From Podarcis cretensis (lineage: Eukaryota), in contig OX638151.1 of the NCBI GenBank assembly GCA_951804945.1, forward strand, positions 47,802,001 through 47,866,000: a stretch of 64,000 nucleotides of DNA, written 5' to 3'. This document shows, piece after piece, positions 10,994 to 24,962 of the stretch. Made by a program: the position numbers and the translations under genes. Numbering within the stretch: position 1 is the stretch's first letter; every line of letters begins with the position of its first letter. The notes beneath the pieces are model-generated. The model made no database searches, had not been told where the DNA came from, and saw nothing but the letters and a program-made list of their open reading frames with translations.

Positions 10994-13521
10994 TCTATGT
11001 CTGAACCCTCCAGAGCAGATTTAGGGAGGATGTGTGGGATATGGAAGGAGAGGAGATTTCCATTCTGGTGTGTGTGGGGGGTGTAGTGTTTGCTGTCTTT
11101 TTATAAACTGCTCATAGACTGTTCTGGTATGAAGCAGTATATAAATGTATTTCATTGATAGGTTGAGAGTTAAATTATCTTCTTTGATCAGAACTGTTTA
11201 CACAGAAGGCTGTAGTGTGCTAGCAACTGGTCTTGGGGAAACTGCTCAGTAGCAAAGCAGCACTTTTCTTTCCCCCTCTCTATAGCTTTGTGCACTTACA
11301 CTACAGCTGCATAATTCTTAGAAAACGCCTGGTTCTTCAGAGCCAGGATTGCCAGCAGCCACAGCTGAGCACTATGATGAGTGAACTCCTAGCTCTTTTA
11401 AGCTAACAGACTGATAACAAAAATATTCTGCCATAGGTATGCTAATTAACACATCTAATGTGATTTTTGTTGGAAAAAACAATGTAATCACAAGGCAAGC
11501 CACAAGTGACAGAATGTAATTGTCTGATAAATAGCACTGTGCTATATTTCCCAACAGTTGTATGCAGCTACCATTTTCTGCACACAACTGGCCCTTTTAT
11601 TTCCTGTTTCAAGGAAGGCTATATTTTATACAACACAATGTACATCATTAATTCTATAAAGGATTATGTTGCACTGTGTTTCATTTTCATGTATAAAAGC
11701 TTGGATAAAAAATTTATGTTCAAACTGAGCCCCCACCTTGTAAACAGCCTAAGCTTGGTTGGTTTCCTTGCCAAATCTATAGAAATCTTAAAAGTGGTTT
11801 TAAGAAATGGGATCAAATTCTGTTTGTTGGACAGTGTGACTTCAATATTTTATAGAATACTTCAAGCTCAAAAGCTTTAAAAAGGATATTGGCCCAAACA
11901 AAGATATCAAAACCTGGGTTTTTACACACCAAGTTAATGTTTCTTGAAACAGATCTATTCATCTTACAGTTTATTAGGGGAAGCACATTGATAGCAGAAT
12001 TAGTGCCTGTTGAAATATTTCTGTGCTCTTGATAAGTGTAAGAGCCCAATGCAAAAAAAAAAAAAAAAAAAAAAGCAAATAGTTTTTGAGAAAAATAATT
12101 TTACAGCTTATTCACCAAGTTGATTCTCACAGTTCCTTGGGGAAAAATAAGAGAGGTAGGGAATGATTGGTGCATTTAAAAAGTGCACCGATATTTCTAG
12201 ATTCCTAGGTAATGGAAACAAACAACTTTTTAGATTTACACCATGTCTTACTGCTTTTCCGATTTAAAAAAAAATCTAAAAGATTGTGTGAGCTTTGAAT
12301 TAGCAATAAGCTTATACAGGAAGCAAAAGTTATTTGTGATGAGAGGCCTGCACTTTTACTGTTTGGGAAAGAGGTGACCCATGTTGCCTAAAGCATCTGT
12401 CCCTCAGCAGTCTGTGCCTGAATGTCTAGCCCCTTGCCCAGCAAAGAAGGGGCTTGCTTTGCAGTTTAGATTTGGAAATTGGCTCCCTGAGGAGTTCCCT
12501 GAAGAATCTGCTGCACCAACAGAAGTTAGGCAGAGATTGCAGAGCAGGCTGCTCCACCTCTTCCTTGTTGGGTCCTGATCTAATTTCCCTCCTCCTGAGT
12601 TTAACTTCAGGAAGGGATACCACAAGCAGACAGGCAAGTGTCTGGCTCACTGCTGGTTCAGGGCTTCGAGCCTGGTTTATTCATGCCTGAGAGCCAGCTG
12701 TATATTTATGGTGTCTCCCGCATCTGGGCAGAAGAAGACAGGAGCGCTTGCAGTTCAGCCCATAAAGTACAGCCTAAGAGCCTGGGAGCACCTCCCTCTT
12801 TGTTCTTCCTTGTGTGCTTGTGCATGTCTTGCCACCTCCCTCTCCCTCTCCAGCAGCTGTGTGAGCTCTGAGTGCTGTCCCTGTCATTGCTGCCCTTGGA
12901 TCCCTGCACTAATGTTAGTTAGGGGCTTGGAGACACACAGGAAGCAGCCATAGACACCACCTCACCAGCCCTCATTATTGACACCTCATATGATCACACA
13001 CTGTCCCATTAGATCCATTTCTGTTGAAAAATATTGCGGCTTGGGGCAAGACAGGTGCACAGCTACTGTAGGTGTGGGAGTGGGGAGAAAAGGGCAAGAA
13101 AAGGCAGGGGAAATGGGGGAGCAGCTCTGATTCGCTCTAGGAAAAGCAGCTTCCCTGAGCTGTCAAGTTGAAAGGATACATTCAGGCATAATATTTGTAA
13201 CATTTAACAACTTTAAAGATGTGCCCCCCTGTAATTTTTGTAACAATATTCTATACCATTTCTATGGAAGTTTCCTTGGTCTCAGGGTCAGGATCCAGAT
13301 TAATATTGACTGGTTTAGCTATTTTTGATGTGATCAATGTCTAGCCAAGGTCTAAGCAGGTTAGGTTTCTAGTTGCTTAAACAGGTCCTGTTTGACAAGG
13401 ATAGAAGGAGATGAAATTTGCCAGGCATAATGCTTGGGAACTGAATGAATGGAGAACTATCATGAGCATGATTCATAATTTACTTAGAACAATATGAGGA
13501 CTCTTTTTTCAAAAGTTCCAT

Positions 13522-13844
13522 ATAGAATCATAGAATTGTAGAATTGGAAGGGACCCTGAGAGCCATCTAGTCCAAACCCCGTGATGCAGGAATCTCAACT
13601 AAATCATACATGAAAAATGGCTATCCAGCCTCTGCATAAAAAGTAGAGTACATCATCTCCCCAGGGCATCTATTTCACTGGCAAACAACTCTTATCGACG
13701 GAAAAGGCTTCCTGATATTTAGCCGGAATCTCCTTTTTTGTAACTTAAAGCCATTGGTTTGGGTCCTACCCTCCAGAGCAGACTAAAACAAGCTTGTTCC
13801 ATCTTCCATGTGTCAGTCCTTTAGATATTTGAAGATGGCTATCA
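13522..13844 (-). mobile_element. CR1 LINE 3' fragment
   Basis: ATAGAATCATAGAATTGTAGAATTGGAAGGGACC (reverse complement of CR1 tail), followed by ORF2 C-terminal-like sequence. Confidence 0.85.
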
Positions 13845-13984
13845 ATTTCAATATTCCCATTGAAAAGTTTTCACTGAAATTTAGTAGTGGATTGCTTATT
13901 CTTATAAGTGTAATAATTTTGCCTCTTTTGAAATATCAGGGGAGAGATTAAAAGCCAGTTGTTTTCCTTTTTCTTCTCTTCTAG

Positions 13985-14095
13985 GCCCTTGATGAGCCTC
14001 CATATTTGACAGTGGGCACTGATGTGAGTGCAAAATATAGAGGGGCCTTCTGTGAGGCCAAAATCAAGACAACAAAAAGACTGGTCAAAGTCAAG
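13985..14095 (+). CDS. ARID4B: ARID4B exon (human exon 3 equivalent), Tudor domain start
   Basis: ttctag|GCC...AAG|gtatgt; 111 nt; [37 protein letters not shown]. Confidence 0.97.
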
Positions 14096-15546
14096 GTATG
14101 TATGTGTGTAATTTTTCATTTAAAAAATAGAATATATTCAGAGCACTCCACAATGTATGGGTCTTGAAGTGAGGCATTTTAAGAGGGATGAGTTAGTGAA
14201 GTACTTCACTAGGACTGAGTGCTCAGTTGTTCTCCCTCTCCAGTAGATTAACTTCCTAACAGTTTCTAAGATCACTTTGAGGGAGGGACACAAATGATAA
14301 GCAGCACCAAAATGTCATTAGTGTTGTTTTAAAAGCAACACCAAAATGTAGACGTTGCATAATCATTTAATAATCCTGCTAAATTTCATTATGCCACCAA
14401 TATATCTGAAAATAAAGAAAAGCTATAGCCCTCTTCAGGTGTTCTGATTAGGATTTGGGGAGGCTACAGGGATAAGCACACTACATCTGTTTGTTTCCCT
14501 TCTTGTTTTGTCACCCTTCACAAGTTGGAAGGCAAAGTTTTGAAGCAGGAAGCCTCATGTGGTGGATGTTCCCTGTGTATTTCAAAACCCTGCTTTTATA
14601 AAATAATCTTTTTTATTAAAGTAAAGTGCTGTTTGTTTTTAAGCAGTTTAGTTAATCAGTTAAATCCAAATCTGCTCAAAACACTCAAGTTCTATGGGAT
14701 TCAGTTTTCTATAAATAGACAGTATAAATGTATGTATCTTCTATTGTTTGTGTGTAATACTTCAGTCATAAGCTAATGATGTTATTACTGATTACTTTTC
14801 TGTGCCACCCTTCCTTCAAGGAGTTAGGGAAGCATGCATGTGGTAATCTCACAACAATTGATGCTGCTTCATGGCTGAGCAGGAATATGAACAAAGGTTT
14901 TCTTAGTCCAACTCCAGCACTGTGTCCTTTGCATTACGTCTCATTTTCCTTTATAAGGGAAAAAAAAGCAAAATAAATTAATGGAGATTATAAAATGGGT
15001 GGCGCTTCTAATATTTTAGATTTTAGTGGCAAATAGGGCCATAAATAGGGGAGACATGCTATATATAGTTATTTGTCTGCTAGTGGCGTAATTTGCAGCT
15101 ACTGTAGACTGGCTAAGCTCAAACTCAGAAATATCTCTACACCATGTGGGGATGTTGAAAACGGATGTGCCCTATTTGTGGAATGCCCTTCTGTTAGATG
15201 TATGTTTAGTGCCTATTATTTTTTCATTTTGTTGCCAAGTGAAAAAACTATTCATTTGCCCAGGCAATTGTAGGATATTAGCTTTATTCATTGCTGGAGG
15301 TTGCAGGCCCACTCTGTCCTTGAATAAAGGCCTGTATTTTAATGATTTGGGCTTTAATCATATTTGCTCTTATTATGAAGTGGATTTTTAAAATTGCAAT
15401 TTGGATGAGTTTTAATTGTATTGTTCATCACCACAAGATTGGTTATAATGAAGGGTGGCCTAGAAACATCCTAAATAAATAAATAGTAAAGATAGCTATA
15501 CGTACACTTGCTCTGCTTTAACAATCCTTTAAATTGTGCTTTGCAG

Positions 15547-15612
15547 GTAACATTTAGGCATGATTCATCAACTGTGGAAGTTCAGGATGATCACATAAAA
15601 GGCCCTTTAAAG
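15547..15612 (+). CDS. ARID4B: ARID4B exon 4
   Basis: ttgcag|GTA...AAG|gtaata; 66 nt; VTFRHDSSTVEVQDDHIKGPLK. Confidence 0.97.
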
Positions 15613-16454
15613 GTAATATATTTGAATGATTAACCATGAAAAATATTTCCTAACAAATCAATATATTTACAGTGATGTATATATAGATATAAAGTTAGGT
15701 GTAATTATTGAATAATCCTACTACATTGCACCACAATTACCTTGTGAAGAATGAACAGTTATTATTTAAGTAGGATATAATATAGTTTGCATAGTATTAA
15801 AATCTGAGCTGTTCTGATCGATAGAATTTAAGTAGAGTAGCTTGTTTCTGGCATGGTACATACAGTGATAGAACAGATTCTGCAAATTAATGGGTTGGGA
15901 TCCAAAGGATAACACACAGTGTTCTGGCCTCTCCTTTTTACTGCAGCTTCCTGGGCTTCCCTTCCCCAGCCCAGAAAAGCCACTCCTGAGGGTCAGGGAA
16001 AAGTACAGAATGGTGTGCAATATGTGTGCCAGGAATTGACAACACATATTGCTATACACATGTGGAAGTGTCTTCTGTTCACTTATTGGCCTCTTTGGAT
16101 CTCAGATCAAGTGTTCTGTACGGTGTCTTGGCGTAGCTTATGCCATTTCTTCTGATGAAAAATTTAGGCCAGGTCTAGTATGCTGTGCGGAGAGTCATGC
16201 AAGGGACCTGTGTTAGTCTTTTTGAATTTAAGTCTCCCGCACCCCCTTTGAACCGCTGGACCACATCCCCATCCCCTATCACAAACTGCTTTTGATACAC
16301 CGCTCAGTTTGAAAAGTGCTTGTCATGTGGTTCAGGGGCTGCTGTACAAGGACTAAAGTCTTGAGCCCCCATTAATAGCTATTAGATTTTTGACTGAGCA
16401 TGTTAAGAAAAGTGCCTGGCTGGGTAATTTTTTAGAGTCCAGGACAATTCTGGT

Positions 16455-16523
16455 CTGTGGGGGTTGGGCTAGATAACCCATGTGGTCCCTTCCAACTCTA
16501 CAATTCTGTGATTCTATGATTCT
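16455..16523 (+). mobile_element. CR1 3' tail
   Basis: GGTCCCTTCCAACTCTACAATTCTGTGATTCTATGATTCT. Confidence 0.8.
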
Positions 16524-19500
16524 TTATTTACAGAAATTTCTTGAAATTATTGTAGTGAATGAATAAGTGTAGGAAAATGTGTTGGGAATGGATAATCTTG
16601 TGAATTTTGCCATGAAGACAAATGAGCAGGATACTTAAATTCCTGTCAGTTTCTCCTCACAGATCTTTCATTAAAATCCATGTATTTTTTTTTCTGTTTT
16701 CCAGTTGTTTGGCACATCTAAAACACATAGTTTGCAATTAACTACATTCAGAACTGCATGCCTGCAAATATTACTTTTTATGGAATATATAGTGTTGGCT
16801 TTGAGATTAACAATGAATTTATTATTTTAAGCAGTATCAAAATTTTAGTTTTAATGGGACAGACAGTGACTGCTGCCCACAGTGGCCTTGACCGTGTTGA
16901 TGCAGCTGCATACTTTGCTCACTCCCACAGTTGTTGGAAAGGTTTCCTTAAATCCAGTAGCTGCCAGCAAAGCTGTTTGTTAGTTGGAATTGTTGGTTGC
17001 TGCTGCAGAGCAGTGAAGAGAGAAGGGAATTCCTGTTGTTATCTGCATGTGCTAGGAGGCAGGGGAGCATTGTGATCAGCACTCTGGAAGTACACTGTTG
17101 CTGACAGGCAAAAGGGGTTGTTATACTGGCAGTCAGCAACCACACACCCACTTTCACAGTGCAGACTGTGAGACCCCTTGCTTCAGCACCAGCTCCTAAT
17201 GTTTATGACAAGAACTATCCTATCTCCCCGTCAGCAGCTTCTAGCAGTGCTGCTCAGCTCACTGATTCACTGGCTGGTGCTGCGTAAACAAGACCATATG
17301 CCTGGTTCCAACCAGAAGAATGAATAGTTTAGAGACTTCTCATAAACTTAAGTACTTTTATTTATATGCTGCCTTTCCATAGTTAAAGCTATGCTCAAGG
17401 CACCTTACAATATAAGAAAAAGACATAATTACGAACATAAGTAGTCATCAACAATAAAGAAAATGCCAAAAAGTACAAAACCAAATTGAAAAAAGATCCA
17501 CTTAAATCATAGTATCTAAAACAAAGATGCAAAATAAATAATATCAATAAGAGCAACAACCCCCCTCCCCAACAAAAGTACCTAGGCAACACCCCAGCGT
17601 AGGCAGCCTCAGCTATTGTAGCAGGAGTCAGTCAACACCCTGCCCTCCCAGGACAGGTGGGGGAAAGGCCAGCAAGGCAGGGAGCAGGTCTTCCAGGATT
17701 CAATGGAGTTCTCATAAGCACACCCTGCTTCAGCCAGAGATGACCTGCTATCCCTTTTCTTGCAACATGTTTCACTTTTCGTGGTGTGACGCAAAGAATA
17801 TGTTTGGGAGTTAAATTCTGCTACTTTGGGTGAGTTTCCCTGTTTCCTGGTGGAAACAAGCCAATGCAGGATTTAACTCTGCCCTCCTACCCATCAGGTG
17901 ATATAAAAAATGATGTTAGCTTATGGACAGATGGATGTGATTTGGGGGAAATGGCTTGGTGGGCCAAGCGTGCCAACAGCCTGGAGGTTTATCATTCCTA
18001 CCCTAAAATAAGCAAGTGTAACCATTAGACTTTACTGAAATGGTGTGTGTTTTACTTGTTGATTCCTTAAGTTGTTGAATAAAGCTCCGCAGTCACTCGT
18101 CTAATAGTGAAAACAACACACGGCAGAAAAATATTGTTCCTTCTAGAGAACAATGAATGGTAACTGCCATTAAAATGTAAAACAAGTGGTAGTATGGTGG
18201 AGGAAATGTAGTTTCCTTTTTGTTTTCTATAATATTAATTGCTCCTTTCATAAGAACTCTCCAGGTAGCATAAGACAGGAGACAGAAAGGAAATATGGTG
18301 GTTAATTTAAAGAGGCATGCAGCTTTTTTTAATATAGGAATATTTAAAATACTACTTTAGAGAGAAAATGGTGACTTTCTCAGTCCGTCATCCTCAAAAA
18401 TCTAATAGCTATAATGATTAGAGATTTTCTTTCTTTAATCTTTGAGATTCAGAGAAATTGAAACATCAGTGCCTACTTATTTAGACTTTAAAGACATGGT
18501 AGAAAGAAGTTTGTTTTTTGTTTTAGGCAACTATTCTAGGGAATAACTTTGACCATTAGCTCTTGTTCACCATCTGCTGGCAGTAAAGAAGTAGTAATAG
18601 GCAGATCAGCATTTCTGAAAAGTGCCTTTTGGAAGCATTTTGGGGTAGAAGTTAGGAAAGCTGTCTTTTAAAAATAATTTAGGCATACCGACTCATAAAA
18701 AAACACGTTTCTAAGCATAATTTTTGTCTACTCCAGGGTAGCAGTTCTATGCTAATTAATTGATTTTCTTTGGCTTATAGTTCTATATACTGAGTTGAAT
18801 CCAGATTTTTCATGAGTGGAGCTCCACTCATAAGACATTTCTGAAGGGGGTTACAATTTTCACTGATTTATCTTTCCCCTTTCAGCCTCATATCCGCCCT
18901 GCCACCAACCCCCCTCCCCTGGTGGGTTGAAGGACCCTTCAGAATAGGTAGCACAGGGGACTCCCAAGAGGAAATGGTGATAATTATCTCCTTTCCTTCC
19001 TCCAGTGGTGGCTTCCACTAGATCTTAGTCCCAAAAAGCCCTTTTCACTGGAACCAACCAAAGGTGGTGTGTCCCATAAATAATAACTTCACTGAATGTT
19101 TGGGCAGGTGTGTTATACATTCCAGCCATGTCTGAGCAGTCATGTTACTATGTGTTCGCTTTGGTGGAAGTCAGTAATGTATGTCTCTGTTTTTTCATGA
19201 ACTTGTGCCATATGTACTAGTGTTTTTTTTAAAATCTGAGTTCCGGATTATTGGTTATAATAGTTATATTTAAGGGTATAAGATAACATCTGGAGGAGAA
19301 TTTCAAAACTACAACTTCTGTAGGCCAGGATCCAAAGTGTATTGTGAGTGCACCATGGCTGTTCATCTCCCCTGCCCAGGTACTCCTGAAGGTCAGGAGA
19401 TCATCAACCTCCATAGCAGGTGTGGGCAACCTTTGGTCCTCTCATTTTTTTCTCCTGAAGTCCAACTTCCATCATCCCTGGCCAGTGTAACAGGAAGGGC

Positions 19501-19967
19501 TGCAGCCAGAAAAGAGATTTGCCTATCTCTTTGCACACAGTTCTCTTTGAATCTTCATCATAGAACATATTTTGTCATTTAAAAAAAAAATGCCTTCATA
19601 TAATTTTATACATTGCATGTTCTGATATTTACAGCTTTCTTGGTTTGAGTGGGAAAAAAATTCACTTGTGGAATAATCCTATTAAGTAGTTCTAAAAGGC
19701 ACCCTCTTGGTACAAATAGATATATAGTTTGAAGTCTGAAAAGTAAAACCTGACATACATTAGATTGCCTCAGAGGCATGTTACAAAGCCTTGTGTGAAG
19801 ATGGTATGTTTTTCAGATTTCTCCTTCCCCCGAAATGCAGCCACACACACTATATGTGTAGATTGGTTTTTGAGAACAGAAACTGAATTTAAAAGAATGA
19901 AAAATGAAATGTTCAATATTTTCTAATTATTGCCTTGGAGATTACCTAAGTGGCTTTTATGTTTTAG

Positions 19968-20058
19968 GTAGGAACTGTGGTGGAAGTAAGGAATCCAGAT
20001 GGAACATATCAGGAGGCTGTCATCAACAAATTAACAGATGCTAGTTGGTACACTGTAG
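19968..20058 (+). CDS. ARID4B: ARID4B exon 5
   Basis: ttttag|GTA...GTAG|gtaagg; 91 nt; [30 protein letters not shown]. Confidence 0.96.
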
Positions 20059-20608
20059 GTAAGGAAAAACAACTCCATTTTTCACCAATCCAAAAATTAC
20101 AGGTCAGGAAAAATATGTGTTTTTTCTTCCATAATAAGTAGTGGAATTGAGTTCTTGTTTTTTATATTTAGTGAGTGTTTTCTTACTCTCAAAATTATCA
20201 CTTTAATTGAAATCTATATATGGCTTCTTAAGAATATTCTTGGACTTGCTGCTTGACAACAACAGGCAGTAGGCATGGAGATGGGAATGGGGAAAATGAA
20301 GAAAATATGGCAGAAGAAAATAGAATAATGCAGATTTATGCAAGTTGGTGGGGGGTTAGTTTTAATTTGAGATTATTCAACAACGTTTGAAAGGGTTTCC
20401 CCCACCTTTTGAAATTTTAAGAGTGTTCCCTGCCACACAAAAATACATAAGTTTTATTCAAATCTGTAATATTGAATAGTATTTATACTGCAGTTTTCTG
20501 TTACAACAACAATGTGGGGAAAGTGTAGAATTTGACTAATAACATGTTTGTGTTAATTTTCCATCTAAGAAAAAGGGGGCAAGAAAAAGGGACCATTTGA
20601 TTTTCAAT

Positions 20609-20683
20609 GAGTCCTGTGGTACCTTAAAAAAGACTAAAGACTTAGCATGAGAAATCACAGTGCGCCTACTTCTTAGATGCATG
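20609..20683 (-). mobile_element. Old Penelope-like pLTR remnant with decayed hammerhead
   Basis: GAGTCCTGTGGTACCTTAAAAAAGACTAA...GCATGAG...ACTTCTTAGATGCAT resembles 6320-6397. Confidence 0.55.
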
Positions 20684-21204
20684 TTTTTCCGAGCTACATT
20701 TTTGGAGTTGATATTAAATTAGAATTAATGATGAAACTATAGTTCTAGTTGGTAAGCTCATTCAGGGCCTTCAGAATGATGATTTGTTTCCTCCTCCAAC
20801 AGCCTTCATGACAAATATGTATCACTTTAATATTGATGCCTTCTAAGAAAAGATAACATTTATCAAGATACAAAACTTATTTGCCTGCATTTCCAGAGTT
20901 AATTAATATTTCCATAAGCCTTGTTCCTTTATTTATTTTTTTATGAGTAAAGTTTTCAGATTCATGGAGGGCGGGATAGGAAAAATCCAGTAGATCTTTC
21001 TCCTGTAAAACACTGCCTAGCTTCTAGCTTACAAATTTGATTTTAAGACTGCAATGCAAAGTGTACTTATTTGAGAGTGAGCTCCACTTGAACTTACTTC
21101 TTAGTTTTGAGTAAACATGCATACATTCAGCATTTGTTTAACAAAGACTTTTCAGTAAGAAGTGCAGCCTTTTGCTTTTAATTAAAAATGCAAACAATAT
21201 TACA

Positions 21205-21720
21205 AAGGCTGCTTTTGCACACAAATCAGGCATGAGCTGTGTGCTAGTGCACACATCCCTAGTGTTCCCATTTCACTCCTCCTTTCTACAGTAGATAAAC
21301 AAAGCACAAACAGTCAAGCTTAGAGGTACATACAAACCTGGGATTCTGGTTTGTTTCACTCAGCAAACCATGATTGCTATGCCAACAACAAAGCATGACC
21401 TTCAAGTTGATTGTTTTGTCTGGCTGAAACACACCATGATCCCAGGTGTAGATTTTACACTGACTAAATTTGGCTTTTAATTGATTTTATTTGTTTGCAT
21501 TTCATTATATTTGTATAAAGCAATGAATGCATGCAATAATAAATGAATATAATATAATATAATATAATATAATATAATATAATAGCCTGTTGGTTTGTTT
21601 ATCCACTTGTGGAAGGGAGAGGCAAAATGGGAACACTAGGGCTGTATGCATGAGCATGCACCCCATTCACAGTACTGTTTAATCGACCAAACCTTATGGC
21701 TTAGAAATATGTGCAAACAT
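21205..21720. repeat. Long imperfect inverted-repeat (MITE-like) element containing (AATAT)n at 21546-21584
   Basis: CCCTAGTGTTCCCATTT (21257-21273) is the exact reverse complement of 21625-21641; GATAAACAAA / TTTGTTTATC also pair. Confidence 0.7.
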
Positions 21721-22299
21721 AGACTAATTTTTGGTCTGAAATAGTAACCCCTCCAAAGAAAAGGAAAGAAATACCCAGCATCTGTTGATGCTATTCCTCA
21801 CTCTTATTTTCTGTTTCTATTACTTTTTGGTATTTAGTCTTATGCAGTTCAAAAGAGTTTGAAATGTTAGAACTGAGTGAATGCAAAAAGGCCGAAGATT
21901 GAAAGGGAAGATCAAGCTGTACCCTCCATGTTCACCAGCAGTCTCTTTAGGCTACAATCCTTCTTGCTCCGGTGAATTAGTATACATAGGATAACAGAGC
22001 AAGCATTCTCCCACAGGGTTACTGGCTTGGCTTCCTCTGTCTCCACACATCTTTTTTAGTTTGATTTCAACATTTCAAACAATAGTAAAAAAATTAAAAG
22101 CACCCTCCCATTTACCAAAGAAGAGAGGGCCTATCACCATAATTACCCAGGTGAATGGATTTGTAAAAGCCCTGTTTAGAGGCTGCATTTCGACCATAAA
22201 TAAGTACCTGGCCAGTTCTCTTCCCCAGTGGAGATGGTTAACTAGCGTGTGAGGATCTCCAGAGGCCTCCAGCATGCAAGCCAGATAAAATCCTCCAGC

Positions 22300-23580
22300 T
22301 ATGTAACTGGGGAGACAAGACCAAGAAAGAAAATGTATTTGAAGATTTTCTATAAGCTGTACTAACTGAAACTAAGGACAAGAAAAAGTCTGTGTCAATC
22401 TCAAAGTGGAGGAGACTCCAAACAACTTCAGCCCTAAGTTCCTCTAAAAGCAGCCCTCCAAGTACTCTAAGCCAAGATGGCAGTGGCAGCACAAGCCCAC
22501 AATCACGGTTGGAGATTACTGTAGAGATCCTCAAATGTTTGGAAGGGTTCTGAAAACAGTGGAGAATGTCATGCCCTGAAATTTCAGAAGTTCTTTCCTG
22601 TCCATTGTCCAAATATCAGAGGATCACCTCAGCATTTCCTCCATTAAAGACATTAAGCTAGCATCTCACTAAAGCAAAGTACAGGGGGTTAGATTCAGGA
22701 AAAGGGAAACACGTTAAATTTTGGACTTCCAAAGAACCCCTCGTCATCTGCAGAAGTGCAGATACTGCATAAAGACCCTGTGCTCATTACTGACTGGACT
22801 TACATCATCTATACAGTTTATAACAACTATTCAAATATGCAATAAGAAGCATGTAAAAATTTGAAATTGGAGATCATCAGCTAACTGTTGCAGAGATGCT
22901 TTCTTAATTGTCTGCATAAGGCTGACAGTAGATCTTCTTACCAACAATAATAGTTGCAGATGACCTGTAGCCTTAACTCAGAGATCTCAGTTCCACCCAA
23001 GGTAGAAAAATTGTTAGGTTGGTGGACTTCAGGGTTACCCTTGATATGGAGCTTCCCATCCAGAAATCCAGTTGGGTCATCTAAACCACAAATGCTGATC
23101 TGAGCACATGGGAGGCCCACTATAAGGAAGCATTGATTTTGTGATCACCAGAGGATCTCAGAGGAGCATAATCTCAGGAGTATAAAACCTTCTGGAACTC
23201 AAGATGATCAGATTGGCTTTGCTCTACTTCTCTCACCTTCTACAGGCACATCATCTCCTGATCAAGATGGGCACTCAAGGTCTGCATCAAGAGAAGGGGG
23301 GCCCTTGATCAAAATTAGTCAGTGGTACACAAAAAAGGGACCCTCAGTACCTAAAAGGGAAACAATCTCTAGACCTAGCAGATACTATTTGCTGATATAC
23401 ATGTCTACAAAAAGATAATGCAACACACAGATAAATTCTTGAGTATTTTATTGATAAACTGGAATATTGTCCCTTACTGAGCCATCTCCAGACTCTGCTT
23501 TGCAAAACTCTCAAGAAGAAAAATACCTACACAGCCTAATTCCCTAGAGTAGAAAATTGCAAAAAAAATAAGATTGCAAG
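22300..23580 (+). mobile_element. Possible decayed DIRS gag-like remnant
   Basis: Purine-rich, coding-like block with Ser/Arg-rich traces (GHSRSASREGG), xEYF and PRVE traces; many stops. Confidence 0.25.
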
Positions 23581-24882
23581 AGTTTCATATGGAATGTTTC
23601 CCATTATTAAAATTTTGTCCTTTTATGAAATATTGAATGCCAAAGTACATCTTAATGCCTTGACTGACTAATATGGGAAATTATTATTAGTGATGGACAT
23701 TGAAAAGAGAATTTTTATTTTTCTTCTTCTCAAAATCTGATTTTGTCTAGGCAGCTATTATTCAAGGACAGGTTATGAAATATCTGTTCAGTGTGTTATA
23801 CATGTCAACCTTGTAAACAGAATGCATTGACAGTAGAAAATGCAGAAACATATTGTTAAAGTATAGTGCATTTATATAAATTAATGATATTTTGTGTCAT
23901 CTACACTTTTCAGTAACTCCCTTTAAGGATGTATTAAAAATAGAGAAGTATTTAGACACCAGTTTAAATAATAGGATTATGGGCTCCATGGAGCATTGGC
24001 TTGATTTTGGATGCTGTAATCTTATAAATTGGAACTGCAGTTTCAAGTTGACAAGTCATTTAGAAGAATGTGCTCTTAGAGTACTGTCTAAGTGCATGAT
24101 ATAAAGATTGGTTGGGTATTTGTTGAATGAGCAGAAAGTGCTTTTGTCCACAAATAGGCAGGTTGCTGATCTTTCCTGGATGCATCCACTTGTCAAATTG
24201 TGCTCCAGGGGATCCCTTGACCTTTCATGAGTTGCTTTTGGGGAAAGGAGGAGGATTGTAGTAAGGGAGCAGAGAAGCCTGTGAATTGTAGTCCTTTGGA
24301 TCCTGTTTGCTTAATTTGAATTCTATAAAAGATATTGCCAGATGACACAAGAAAATATAGGCTAATAATTCTTTTAAGCTCTACTACTACAATTGGTTAT
24401 ACAAATAACTAATGGTTGAGTCCTTAGAAAGTTCATAAATTATGCCTGATAGATTGCAATGAATTTATAGTAATGGGCAAAACCTATTTAAAAGTGAAAG
24501 AGAATGCCTTCTTTGTTGATTTACTTTAATAAATAGCTTGGCCTTCATCAGTTTATCACTGATCAATCCTCTTAAGAGTATTATGCCTTGCATAGGGGTT
24601 GGTTTCATTAAACATACAATTAAAAATTATATATACACATGCACAGACACATTTTTTAAATTTGTACACTCTGTTCAATATATTCCTGTCATACTTTGGG
24701 TAGATGCCAAAGCACATTTAGGAATAGTTAATTCTTAGTTACTGTTTAAGTGAATAGGACTTAAATTGTACTTGGTCTCTACTGAATCAACTTTAAGTTG
24801 ATAAGACAAGATTTGCTTGTTTTTAATTGTAATTGGACAAATAGATTAATAATTTGTGTTTCCTTTTTACGTTTGGTAACAG

Positions 24883-24962
24883 TATTTGATGATGGAGATG
24901 AAAAAACTCTTAGACGTTCTTCGCTTTGCCTGAAAGGAGAGAGACATTTTGCTGAAAGTGAA
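24883..24962 (+). CDS. ARID4B: ARID4B exon 6
   Basis: aacag|TA...GAA|gtaagt; 80 nt; (V)[26 protein letters not shown]. Confidence 0.97.

Noticed and set aside
1-13984. ARID4B start exon (ATG AAG|gt) or promoter
   Set aside because: I found no ATGAAG|GT exon and no CpG island. ATGAAAGAAG|GTGAGT near 7169 has the wrong sequence and phase. The region is treated as intron.
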